From Spirochaetota bacterium (GTDB lineage: Bacteria > Spirochaetota > UBA4802 > UB4802): DNA of 48,092 nt. The translations under genes were made by a program, and so were the position numbers. This document shows positions 35,791-44,323 of the stretch, piece after piece (position 1 is the first letter of the stretch; every line of letters starts with the position of its first letter). The stretch covers positions 1-48,092 of the forward strand of contig DAOLVF010000003.1 in NCBI GenBank assembly GCA_035420565.1. The letters run 5' to 3'. The notes under the pieces were generated by a model that saw nothing but the letters and a program-made list of their open reading frames with translations, searched no databases and was not told the DNA's origin.

Positions 35791-38664
35791 TTATTGAATT
35801 TCAATAGTAACAAAACGTAATTCATGTGGCTTAAGCGATAGTAACTGTTTATCTGCCACATCACCTTTCCTTTCCCCATAGCAGGTAGAATAATAAACTG
35901 CTATAGGCTGTATGGATTTGATACTTATGTGCGTACTCTGTGATTGTCCGGCAGTTTCAAATAGTCCAACGGTAAACTTTTTATTGGTTATGGGGTACAT
36001 CCACACCACAGCAATTGCTGGATTGGACACTGTTACCGGTGAAGAGGTTGTATAACCATATTCCTGGAAACTTTTATCATACGCCTTTGCCAGTGCATAG
36101 GTGATGCTATCAGCGCTAAAAGTTGTAAAGGTACTCCTGAATACTGTTTTATCCTTCAGGCTCTGCCCAAGTCCTACTTTTCCCCATAATGTCCATCCAA
36201 TGCAGCAATGATAAAATCCATTACTATCCCTGGAATAACTTGACTCAGGAACTATCGCTTTGCTGTCCTTTGTCATAAATACAGCATACATTGCATCATC
36301 CCTTACCATGGTAAACGCATCACAGTGGAACGATGGCGGCAATCCATACATCCACTGGAAGGGATATAAAGTGTCATTGATACTTTTAAACGGTGCAGTA
36401 TTCTTTGCAGCAGGAATGATATTGCCACCATTATAAATGGATTCCCAGAGTAATGGAGTAAATGCAGCATCATAGTACAGTGCATCCGATGTTAAAGGAT
36501 ATGCAAAACAATGTTCAGCTATCTGTGGCTGTGACCCGCTGAATGTCTGTATCAATTCAATCTTTTTTTCATCCGCTGGAAGTACAATCTCCTGGGTAAG
36601 GGTAAGCGAAGGTGTAAAAAGCTGGTAAAAAAAATACACCACCTTCAACAGCCATGGCGGCAATGAAACATGAAATGATTTATCCAGAAAATCTGCAATC
36701 AGTTCCATCCCCTTGTAATACTCTTTAACCGTACCCTCAATGATAAGTCTATAATCATCATGATAACGGTAAACCAAAACATCAGGACTTTTAAATCCTT
36801 CAATGCATTGATAATAATCCCGCCGTGCACCATTTTCGCCCCGCACTGTCTGTACATACTGATTAAATCCGTACTGAGCATTGTTTCGTATCCACTCCTT
36901 TTGCAGCTCTTTATCATATACACCGGTAATGCGTCCTTTTTTCTGGTCGATAGTTACCCTGTAAAAATGACTATCGATAATAATTATATTTTTTTTATAC
37001 TTTATTTTTTCCCAGCTCCGCCCGTCATGGAAAGCCTCACTATATCCAGCCTTATGCATCAATATCTGTGGCAGCTTTACCCATTCGGAGCGGGTATTCA
37101 TCCAGTCCTTAACATCATCCGAGGTATAATGTGTTTTACCAAAAGGAACGGGACGGGGATTGTGATCATTATTGAGGAGTATTGCTTTATATCCCGATTC
37201 AGCAACAATATGGAAAGAATCAACATCAATGGGCTTATCATGCACCATAGCATCAACAACGGTTGAAGCAAGCTGATACATCCCTCTATCAAACATGTAG
37301 CTTATCAAAAGTCTTTGGGGGTCCGCCTGAATAAAGTCCAGATAAATCTGCTCGCCCCAGAATGGTGCCATCTCACCCTTGATGCGCGGTATTACACTGT
37401 TGTAGCGCGAACGCACATAATCAAAAAACTGCGAAGGTGTAGCAATGATAATCTGTGGATTTATCATTTTTTTATTCCATTCCCGGGCTATTTCAGAGGG
37501 GACGATGTTTTGTGGTTGATTGTCGCCACCCTGTGCAGGATAGTAAGGCAAAAGGTATGCATCGTAGGGATAGTCCCAATGTGCATTGCCATAATCAAAA
37601 TACTGTTTTATTTCAGCGGTAGGGTACCCTTTCTCAAGTTGCGCCAGATGCAGGGCAATGCTGTTCTCCATAGTGGTAAAAGCATGCTCATCAAAGGGCA
37701 GTTTTAGACGCATAGCAAGGTCAAAGTTTTCGCCATACCCATTAAGTCCGGCACTGTGCCATACCAGTACATTCGCACTGGTATCCGGCGAAACACCATA
37801 AAACAGCGGAGGGAGTACATATCGTGTATCATTTGGGCCAACCAGAAGATAGGGGATGTCATTTGCACACAGTATCTTGGTTACCTTTGAAAAATCCATG
37901 ACATCATGAATACACGCAGTATGTATTGTTACATTGTACTTTTTTGCAAGGTTAAAGGTTGATTGCAGTGAAGCTATGATTGCGTCAGGGCTCATAAATC
38001 GATTCTGGTGTGAAATAAGGAATGCTCCCAGCTCAAAATCGCCCTTTTGTAATGCTTTGATAAGCTTTTGCTTTTTATCCTGTTCAATGGTAGCATCCGA
38101 CAAATATTCCTGAACCGCCCAGCTAACCTCGGTAAAAAGCTTAAATGATGCATCCTTACCATAGTGTTTTGTCTTCTCTACCAGTTCCAGTTCAATATCA
38201 ATGTTTTTGTAATTTTGTATACGAATATTCTTCTGCGATTGGGTAAACCCAATATCAACATGGGTAAATGGAACGCAGTATATCTTCCATGGTTTAACAG
38301 CAGGGATTGTAATCTTTTTTTTGACAGTGGTAGTATCGCACTGCATGGTAAAAACAGCTTTGTGCGTGTTTAAATCAGGCACCTTGATGTCTAAAAAGAT
38401 ACTGGTATCCGGGTTATCTGTATGCATTGTGCTGATAGAACCATCAACTGATGTCCGTATGGTCAGCTTTTGAATAGTTTCTTTACTGGGAAATACAACC
38501 TGTACACGGCGGTAGAGCAGTGTACCCTTTTTATATACCAGCGGTGTTGGAGTAATAGTTACATCGTGATTGCTATTATTAAATGTATCAATTGCTGAAT
38601 ACCCTTGAAGTGGTAACGATACAAAAAGTATTATTAAAAAAATAATGCTATACATGTATCGCAT
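35791..38664 (-). CDS. Secreted GH38-like glycoside hydrolase (alpha-mannosidase-family N-domain), tentative
   Basis: The protein is about 957 aa with a signal peptide (MRYMYSIIFLIILFVSLPLQGYSA). The metal-site-like motif VPFTHVDIGFT resembles the GH38 H.H.D motif. The central and C-terminal regions are large and beta-rich. The likely start is the ATG at 38664, directly after GGAGGG. Confidence 0.45.
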   Translation of the reverse strand: MRYMYSIIFLIILFVSLPLQGYSAIDTFNNSNHDVTITPTPLVYKKGTLLYRRVQVVFPSKETIQKLTIRTSVDGSISTMHTDNPDTSIFLDIKVPDLNTHKAVFTMQCDTTTVKKKITIPAVKPWKIYCVPFTHVDIGFTQSQKNIRIQNYKNIDIELELVEKTKHYGKDASFKLFTEVSWAVQEYLSDATIEQDKKQKLIKALQKGDFELGAFLISHQNRFMSPDAIIASLQSTFNLAKKYNVTIHTACIHDVMDFSKVTKILCANDIPYLLVGPNDTRYVLPPLFYGVSPDTSANVLVWHSAGLNGYGENFDLAMRLKLPFDEHAFTTMENSIALHLAQLEKGYPTAEIKQYFDYGNAHWDYPYDAYLLPYYPAQGGDNQPQNIVPSEIAREWNKKMINPQIIIATPSQFFDYVRSRYNSVIPRIKGEMAPFWGEQIYLDFIQADPQRLLISYMFDRGMYQLASTVVDAMVHDKPIDVDSFHIVAESGYKAILLNNDHNPRPVPFGKTHYTSDDVKDWMNTRSEWVKLPQILMHKAGYSEAFHDGRSWEKIKYKKNIIIIDSHFYRVTIDQKKGRITGVYDKELQKEWIRNNAQYGFNQYVQTVRGENGARRDYYQCIEGFKSPDVLVYRYHDDYRLIIEGTVKEYYKGMELIADFLDKSFHVSLPPWLLKVVYFFYQLFTPSLTLTQEIVLPADEKKIELIQTFSGSQPQIAEHCFAYPLTSDALYYDAAFTPLLWESIYNGGNIIPAAKNTAPFKSINDTLYPFQWMYGLPPSFHCDAFTMVRDDAMYAVFMTKDSKAIVPESSYSRDSNGFYHCCIGWTLWGKVGLGQSLKDKTVFRSTFTTFSADSITYALAKAYDKSFQEYGYTTSSPVTVSNPAIAVVWMYPITNKKFTVGLFETAGQSQSTHISIKSIQPIAVYYSTCYGERKGDVADKQLLSLKPHELRFVTIEIQ

Positions 38665-38684
38665 GGCGCCCTCCAAAAAAATTA

Positions 38685-39386
38685 TTAAATAATACCCAGT
38701 TTTTTATACCATATCACAACATCCTCGATATGCCTGTGCATATTCTGGTACGCTTTCTTTTCATCACCATCTTTAATTGATTGAAATATGATAGTATGTG
38801 AATCATATTCCCATTGCAAAAATTCACGATTGATATCAGCATTGGAACGTCTCCCAATCAGAAAGGAAAGAATTGCCTCAACAAATCGGGCACATACCAT
38901 ATTCTTTGATGCATAGGCAACGCGCAGATGAAACTCCCCTGACCATCTATCCACCTCGTCGGGTTTGTGTATCAACGCATCTATTGTAGTTAATGTTTCC
39001 TGTATCCTGGCAATATCCTTCTCATCACGCCGTTTTGCTGCTATTGATGCTATTTTCGGTTCTACCAGTAAGCGTGCTTCAAAAAAATCACCAATGCTGG
39101 TCTCATCAACAAGGGGTGCTAAAATGTGTGGGCTTATGATATCCTCACGCCGTATCAAGCGTATAAAGGTACCTTCTCCGGGGCGTACATCAAGGATACC
39201 CATAAGCGCTAATGACTGGATTGCTTCACGCAGGGTAGAGCGTCCAACACCCAGCTGAACCATTAAATCCCTTTCCGGCGGCAGTTTTGTCCCTGGCGCA
39301 AACCCTCCATCCTTGATCTTTTCAATAATCATATCCACGATAGATTCCGAGAGCTTCACCCGCTTGATAGGTTGTAATGCATCCAT
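38685..39386 (-). CDS. GntR-family transcriptional regulator, FadR subfamily
   Basis: I re-started the ORF at the ATG at 39386. The wHTH is LPPERDLMVQLGVGRSTLREAIQSLALMGIL, followed by an FCD-type all-helical C-domain. Confidence 0.85.
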   Translation of the reverse strand: MDALQPIKRVKLSESIVDMIIEKIKDGGFAPGTKLPPERDLMVQLGVGRSTLREAIQSLALMGILDVRPGEGTFIRLIRREDIISPHILAPLVDETSIGDFFEARLLVEPKIASIAAKRRDEKDIARIQETLTTIDALIHKPDEVDRWSGEFHLRVAYASKNMVCARFVEAILSFLIGRRSNADINREFLQWEYDSHTIIFQSIKDGDEKKAYQNMHRHIEDVVIWYKKLGII

Positions 39387-39404
39387 ATTACCTCTGATAT
39401 TCTG

Positions 39405-39446
39405 ATGGTCTGATGATAAGATATAATAATAGCCAGTATTTGTCAA
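39405..39446 (-). promoter_or_regulatory. Promoter of the GntR-regulator operon plus candidate operator
   Basis: On the minus strand, TTGACA (39446-39441), a 17-nt spacer and TATCTT (39423-39418) are immediately followed by ATCATCAGACCAT (39417-39405). This is identical to the 13-mer at the uxuA promoter. Confidence 0.5.
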
Positions 39447-39562
39447 GAAAATATTACAATTTTTGCACCGATAATCATGAGGGCATGGTAGATATTCGTT
39501 CTGGTAAATGTGAATAGCATTCAAAAATAGATCGCTATGTATGGCTTATACCGTTAGATTGA

Positions 39563-39694
39563 ACCAATTTAATTAATCGGTTGGTCAAAGATCAACTGGG
39601 ATATCGCTGGACAGTGGTGTATGATCTGGAGAATGACCCCGGTGAGACATATACTGTTATCGATACGTATCCAGATATCGCACACAACCTGTAA
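39563..39694 (+). pseudogene. C-terminal remnant of a sulfatase
   Basis: A start-less frame reads ...LVKDQLGYRWTVVYDLENDPGETYTVIDTYPDIAHNL*. The motif (L)YDLxxDPxExxNL...P is the characteristic sulfatase C-terminal motif. Confidence 0.45.
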
Positions 39695-39849
39695 AAAAAA
39701 ATGGGAGCGCTGGAAAGCTGAAACCAGCAAAAATCCTCGATATTTTTTCATTAAATCTATTTGAGAATACCAGCAAAGACCACAAGCATGATTGTATTAC
39801 CAGCTAAAAGGTTGCCAATGACATTTTTTTGCACTGCTGGTTTCCAGTT

Positions 39850-42800
39850 TCAATAAATGTACCTGTCAAAGCACTGTGCTTTTATTTCTTTCAGAAACTG
39901 TCTCTTCCACTCTTTACCAAGACATTGTTCAGCTATATATACAACAAGCGATTTACCGGTAACCTTTATTGTATCCTGAATCTTACATAATCCCTGGACA
40001 CAGCTTGGACAGGTTGTGAGCACCATGACATTTTTCCTGACAACATTTGCCCTTATATTGGTTTCTTTCCGTTCACGTAAACTGTTTGAAATATCAGGTG
40101 TGGATAATGCTAATGTCCCCCCTTCACCACAGCAATTAGGAACCGATAGTGGCTTTGTATTGAGCAACAGGGAAAATGTTTTTTGATATCCCATAGCTTT
40201 TAACGGTGTATGACACGGTTCATGATATATCAGTGTCTCATTGATGGTTTTTGAATATAATCCTTCACGGGCTATAAACTCATTGACGTCAATGAGCCTT
40301 GCTCCTCTGAAAACATTCTCTAATTGATAATCCAGAAGCATCTCATAACAGGTACCGCAGGATACTACAATATCTCCTATATCCAGATAGGAAAAAGTGT
40401 CTGCCATTCTGTGGAAAAGGACCCTATTCTCATTGGTTTTTATCCGTGCCTGATTCAATTTACCATTTGCTCTCATTGGATAGCCGCAGCACAGATATGT
40501 TGGCGGAATAATAACCCTTACTCCTGCATAATACAGCAGAGCAACAGTTGCAATACTAATATCAGGGAACATCCGTTCTGAACCACAGCCAGGAAAATAT
40601 ACCACGGTTTTTATAACTGGCTTATTCTTATTCCTGAACACATAAAATGTATTTGTATTTTTTAACTGTAACAGATCGCGCAAAGACTTATGCCCTGACT
40701 TAGGCAATCTCCCTTTCAGCATCATAGCGATATAGGGCGAAATAAACTGCACGACATGAGGGATAGGTTTGACGATATAATATCCAAACCGCTGTAAAGA
40801 ATACACCCATCGTAGCAGCAGCACCCTGAATAGTTTATTTATATAGTACCCTTTTTGTTTCAGATAGAAGAGCGTAAATGATGTTACGGGCTTGAATGTT
40901 GACTTTCTTCGAGCCTCCAGAATTGATCGTATCTTTAAGGTAATGGCTCCAAAGTCAATAGAGACCGGACATGGTTTTTGACAGTTATGACAGATGGTAC
41001 AATAATTTGAAATCTCACGTAAATTAGTAAAATGCTTAAAACTCAAGCTTGTGGATGTCTGTATATCATAGATTACAGCCTCCATAACGAGAGCTGTCGC
41101 CAAAATTTTGTTCCTTGGATTGTAAAATACCATACCATCGGGGTAATGGGTGTTGCATACCGATTTACATTTACCACATCGAATGCAGGTAGCAATAGAG
41201 TTAAAAACTGTTTCTAAATCGGTTGCTTTTAAAATAAATGCTTCACCCTCAAGAAGATTAAAGGAAGGTGTATAGACAGTTTCCAGATTAAAATCCCTGG
41301 TTAATTTTAAGGGATTAAAAAGATCTTCAGGATCAGCTAATCTGTTGTACTCAGCAAATTTTGCCAATGTATCATCATCAATAAATCGTATCTTTGTAAG
41401 CCCTATGCCATGTTCACCGCTTACCACTCCGCCAAATGTAACAGTAGCTTGCATAACATTGGCTGCAGTCTCTTCAGCATCTTTCATCATAAGATAATCA
41501 TTTGAATGAACAGGAATATTGACATGGATATTACCATCACCAGCATGCATATGAGTTGCTACTATGATACGACGCTTTTGTGTATCAGCTTGTAACTGGT
41601 AAATTGTGTTTAAAATATCATCATATCCATAGAAAAGTTTTGACAGTGGTTCAATAACATCAGCATCAAAATTAATGCTTAATTCATTATTCTGGAGTAA
41701 CTGAAAAACAGAATCCATTCTCAGAGCATATTCTGAATCATATTTAAAATAATCTTTTGCATGCGTATCAATATTATCCAGTATATCCATGTACCGGGAC
41801 TGCATCGTTTTTAATTGAGCAACCCCTGACTGGCATCGTTCCAGACATAGTTTGTCATCTTCGGTTTTAATACGTTCCTGCAGGTAATCTGCAAGAACAG
41901 CTATCACCTGAATATTGTTCTCTAATTCTTTTTGAATATTAAGCTTTTCAATAAAATCTGAGAAGTCCTGCAACCGTTCCAGTGGGATAACGACATCTTC
42001 ATTCAATTTAAATGCATTGGTATGTCTGGCAATGGCGCTTAAATTTTTTCTATCCTGCCAAAATTTTTCACGCATCCCTGCATCTTTTGCAATTATTCCT
42101 TCAGTATTGTACTGTTTAACCTTTGCAACTAAATCTAAGGTAGCCTTTTCTAAATGTTCTTCTTCATCGCTTTCAATATCTACCACAAGTACCGCTTTGG
42201 GGATTTCTGTACGAAGCGATTTATTTTTATACTGAATTGCCTTAACATACTGCTCATCAAAATGTTCAAGCGCTGTTAAAAACACAACAGGATCATTTTC
42301 AAAGGTTTTAACAATCTCAACAATTGCTTTCGACGCATTAATCATGTTGTTGCCAAAAAACTCAAAGCATACCGTCCGGGTAAATTTAAAAGGCTTATAC
42401 AAAACAAAGGTAGCCGAAACAATAATACCATCACATCCCTCTTTTTGTAATCCTGGCAAGCCGCCCAGTGCTTTATTGGTTATATCCTTGCCCAATCCTT
42501 TTTTTCGTATATCAAGTCCGGAAAGTGTTATGGTTTTGACTACTTTATTATTTTTTATAACCTCAAACTCAACCTCATCATTGGGAAATATTTTTCTATA
42601 CAGGTGTTTAACCCTTTTTACGGTAATAAGTTCTCCATTGTGGTCAACCATATCAAACGACAGCACATTATCAATACAGGTTCCCCACATAACACATTTT
42701 TTACCGCCAGCATTTTCAGCAATGTTCCCGCCAATGGTACATGCCCATGCAGAAGTTGGATCAGTTGCAAAGATATAATTTTGATGTTCACAGTATTGTA

Positions 42801-43560
42801 TTACATCCTCGGTAACTGCACCGGCATCAACTGTTATAACAGGAACTTCGTTACCGTTCAGGTATGTCTTTTCAATCCTGCCAATACGGTTAAATTTTTC
42901 AGTATTGATGACCATCGTATTGGGAAGAAGGGGGATAGCACCGCCGGTAAGCCCCGTCCCTCCTCCACGAGCAATAATGACAAGCCCTAACTTTTTTGCA
43001 GCCTTTACCAGTTCCTGTACTTCTTCTACTGTATCAGGGTAAACAACAACAAAGGGATATTCAACCCGCCAATCAGTAGCATCGGTAACATGAGCAGCTC
43101 GGTGAAAAGGACTAAATTGTATATTTTTTTCCGATGTAATATGCTTTAATTTATTCAATATTTTTTCTTGCTGCTTTTTACATTCTTTTAATTTTTTAAA
43201 AGCAGTATCATCCAATTTTTCAATCTTATCAATCAATTCAAGAACCTGCCCATCTCCATTAGCACCTTCTTTGACTGTCGCAAGCCTTCGCTGATGTCGC
43301 TTTTGCAGATTTTTTAATTTCGTGGGATTTTCAATAATATCAAACTGAATATACGGGTTTCTATCGATAATAAAGATGTCTCCAATGTTTTCAAACAGCA
43401 ATTTTGCACTTCTGCCTGTACGTCGTTTTTCCCGTAGTGCTTCCACTAAATCCCATGTATGGGCATCAAAATATTTTACTATAATCTCTTTGTCTGAAAA
43501 TGAGGTATAGTTATAAGGTATTTCTCTATATTTAAAATCTCGTTTAAAAATCTTTTCCAT
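39850..43560 (-). CDS. DUF3683 / FAD-linked oxidase / 4Fe-4S dicluster / 2x CCG-domain fusion oxidoreductase (D-lactate/2-hydroxyacid dehydrogenase-like, YdiJ-type)
   Basis: The 1236-aa ORF has an N-terminal REIPYNYTSFSD segment and a PCMH-type FAD-binding domain (IIARGGGTGLTGGAIP). The Fe-S motifs are CIRCGKCKSVC and CTICHNCQKPCP. Two Cys-rich CCG-like modules sit at the C-terminus (CCGYP..., CCGEGG...). Confidence 0.8.
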   Translation of the reverse strand: MEKIFKRDFKYREIPYNYTSFSDKEIIVKYFDAHTWDLVEALREKRRTGRSAKLLFENIGDIFIIDRNPYIQFDIIENPTKLKNLQKRHQRRLATVKEGANGDGQVLELIDKIEKLDDTAFKKLKECKKQQEKILNKLKHITSEKNIQFSPFHRAAHVTDATDWRVEYPFVVVYPDTVEEVQELVKAAKKLGLVIIARGGGTGLTGGAIPLLPNTMVINTEKFNRIGRIEKTYLNGNEVPVITVDAGAVTEDVIQYCEHQNYIFATDPTSAWACTIGGNIAENAGGKKCVMWGTCIDNVLSFDMVDHNGELITVKRVKHLYRKIFPNDEVEFEVIKNNKVVKTITLSGLDIRKKGLGKDITNKALGGLPGLQKEGCDGIIVSATFVLYKPFKFTRTVCFEFFGNNMINASKAIVEIVKTFENDPVVFLTALEHFDEQYVKAIQYKNKSLRTEIPKAVLVVDIESDEEEHLEKATLDLVAKVKQYNTEGIIAKDAGMREKFWQDRKNLSAIARHTNAFKLNEDVVIPLERLQDFSDFIEKLNIQKELENNIQVIAVLADYLQERIKTEDDKLCLERCQSGVAQLKTMQSRYMDILDNIDTHAKDYFKYDSEYALRMDSVFQLLQNNELSINFDADVIEPLSKLFYGYDDILNTIYQLQADTQKRRIIVATHMHAGDGNIHVNIPVHSNDYLMMKDAEETAANVMQATVTFGGVVSGEHGIGLTKIRFIDDDTLAKFAEYNRLADPEDLFNPLKLTRDFNLETVYTPSFNLLEGEAFILKATDLETVFNSIATCIRCGKCKSVCNTHYPDGMVFYNPRNKILATALVMEAVIYDIQTSTSLSFKHFTNLREISNYCTICHNCQKPCPVSIDFGAITLKIRSILEARRKSTFKPVTSFTLFYLKQKGYYINKLFRVLLLRWVYSLQRFGYYIVKPIPHVVQFISPYIAMMLKGRLPKSGHKSLRDLLQLKNTNTFYVFRNKNKPVIKTVVYFPGCGSERMFPDISIATVALLYYAGVRVIIPPTYLCCGYPMRANGKLNQARIKTNENRVLFHRMADTFSYLDIGDIVVSCGTCYEMLLDYQLENVFRGARLIDVNEFIAREGLYSKTINETLIYHEPCHTPLKAMGYQKTFSLLLNTKPLSVPNCCGEGGTLALSTPDISNSLRERKETNIRANVVRKNVMVLTTCPSCVQGLCKIQDTIKVTGKSLVVYIAEQCLGKEWKRQFLKEIKAQCFDRYIY

Positions 43561-43722
43561 TACAATTCCTGTAAAAAAACGTTTGTAAACAAAACATTAA
43601 TTAATAATTGTATCACAATTACAATGATTTACAATATTGGAGCGATAGTTATTGTTTATATCATATTTCCGTATGTATTGGTCAATAGCAAAATTAAAAA
43701 TTTTTTTAAAAGGAGCCTTTAT

Positions 43723-44322
43723 ATGAAAACGATAGATGCTCGAGGACTGGAATGCCCACAGCCGGTACTATTGACAAAATCTGCAATAGAGGATGAAAAC
43801 CCTGACGAACTGGAAGTGTTAGTAAGCAGCCAAACATCAGCGGGCAATGTTACCCGTTTTGCCGAACATAGTGGATACCGTGTACAAACCAGTATAAAAG
43901 ATGATTACTTCACTATTGTATTGCATAAAGCAATAGAAGCCAAACCGTTTGCTTCAGCAAAACTACAATCATCAATGAATAATGGGAAAAATGTTGTTGT
44001 TTTTATAACCAGCAATGAATTTGGCAGGGGCGATACTGAACTAGGCCAGCTCCTCATGAAATCATTCATCAACACCATGAACGAAGCCAATGTGTGCCCA
44101 ACAACCATAATCTTTGCTCACTCGGGCATATTTTTAACAACCGAGGATTCACCGGTTATTCAACCACTCCAGCAGATTGAAAAAAAAGGGGTACAGATAC
44201 TCAATTGTGGTACCTGCCTTGAGTATTATAAACGCACAAAACTGCTTAAAGTGGGAACTATCTCAAATATGTATACCATTACTGAAACATTAATGATGGC
44301 AGATAAGCTTATAAAGCTATAA
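43723..44322 (+). CDS. yedF: YedF-like sulfurtransferase-type selenium-metabolism protein (TusA-like N-domain + DsrE-like C-domain)
   Basis: I re-started the ORF at the ATG at 43723 (AAAGGAG RBS). The TusA-type motif is ARGLECPQPVL. The C-terminal half (VVFITSNEFGRGDTELG) is DsrE/YedF-like. The protein is 199 aa. Confidence 0.7.
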   Translation: MKTIDARGLECPQPVLLTKSAIEDENPDELEVLVSSQTSAGNVTRFAEHSGYRVQTSIKDDYFTIVLHKAIEAKPFASAKLQSSMNNGKNVVVFITSNEFGRGDTELGQLLMKSFINTMNEANVCPTTIIFAHSGIFLTTEDSPVIQPLQQIEKKGVQILNCGTCLEYYKRTKLLKVGTISNMYTITETLMMADKLIKL

Positions 44323-44323
44323 A

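Noticed and set aside
35778-35879. N-terminal extensions of ORF-track entries: 35879, 39524, 43624, 29416, 19305, 47308, 27538, 23617, 38676, 27421 and 45860.
   Set aside because: In each case an internal ATG has a good Shine-Dalgarno sequence and begins where family homology starts. The extension either starts at TTG, overlaps the upstream gene, or encodes non-homologous sequence.
39569-39751. A 60-aa minus-strand ORF in the spacer upstream of the GntR operon.
   Set aside because: It is antisense to the sulfatase remnant, and it has no RBS and no recognisable sequence.
39757-39852. The TGA stop of the 1236-aa oxidoreductase is followed in frame by 30 sense codons. This raised the possibility of selenocysteine or read-through, given the neighbouring yedF.
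   Set aside because: Being in frame is a 1-in-3 coincidence. The extension looks like the last TM helix of an unrelated permease, so it is a remnant. I saw no SECIS-like stem-loop immediately 3' of the UGA, and the protein already ends at a plausible C-terminus.
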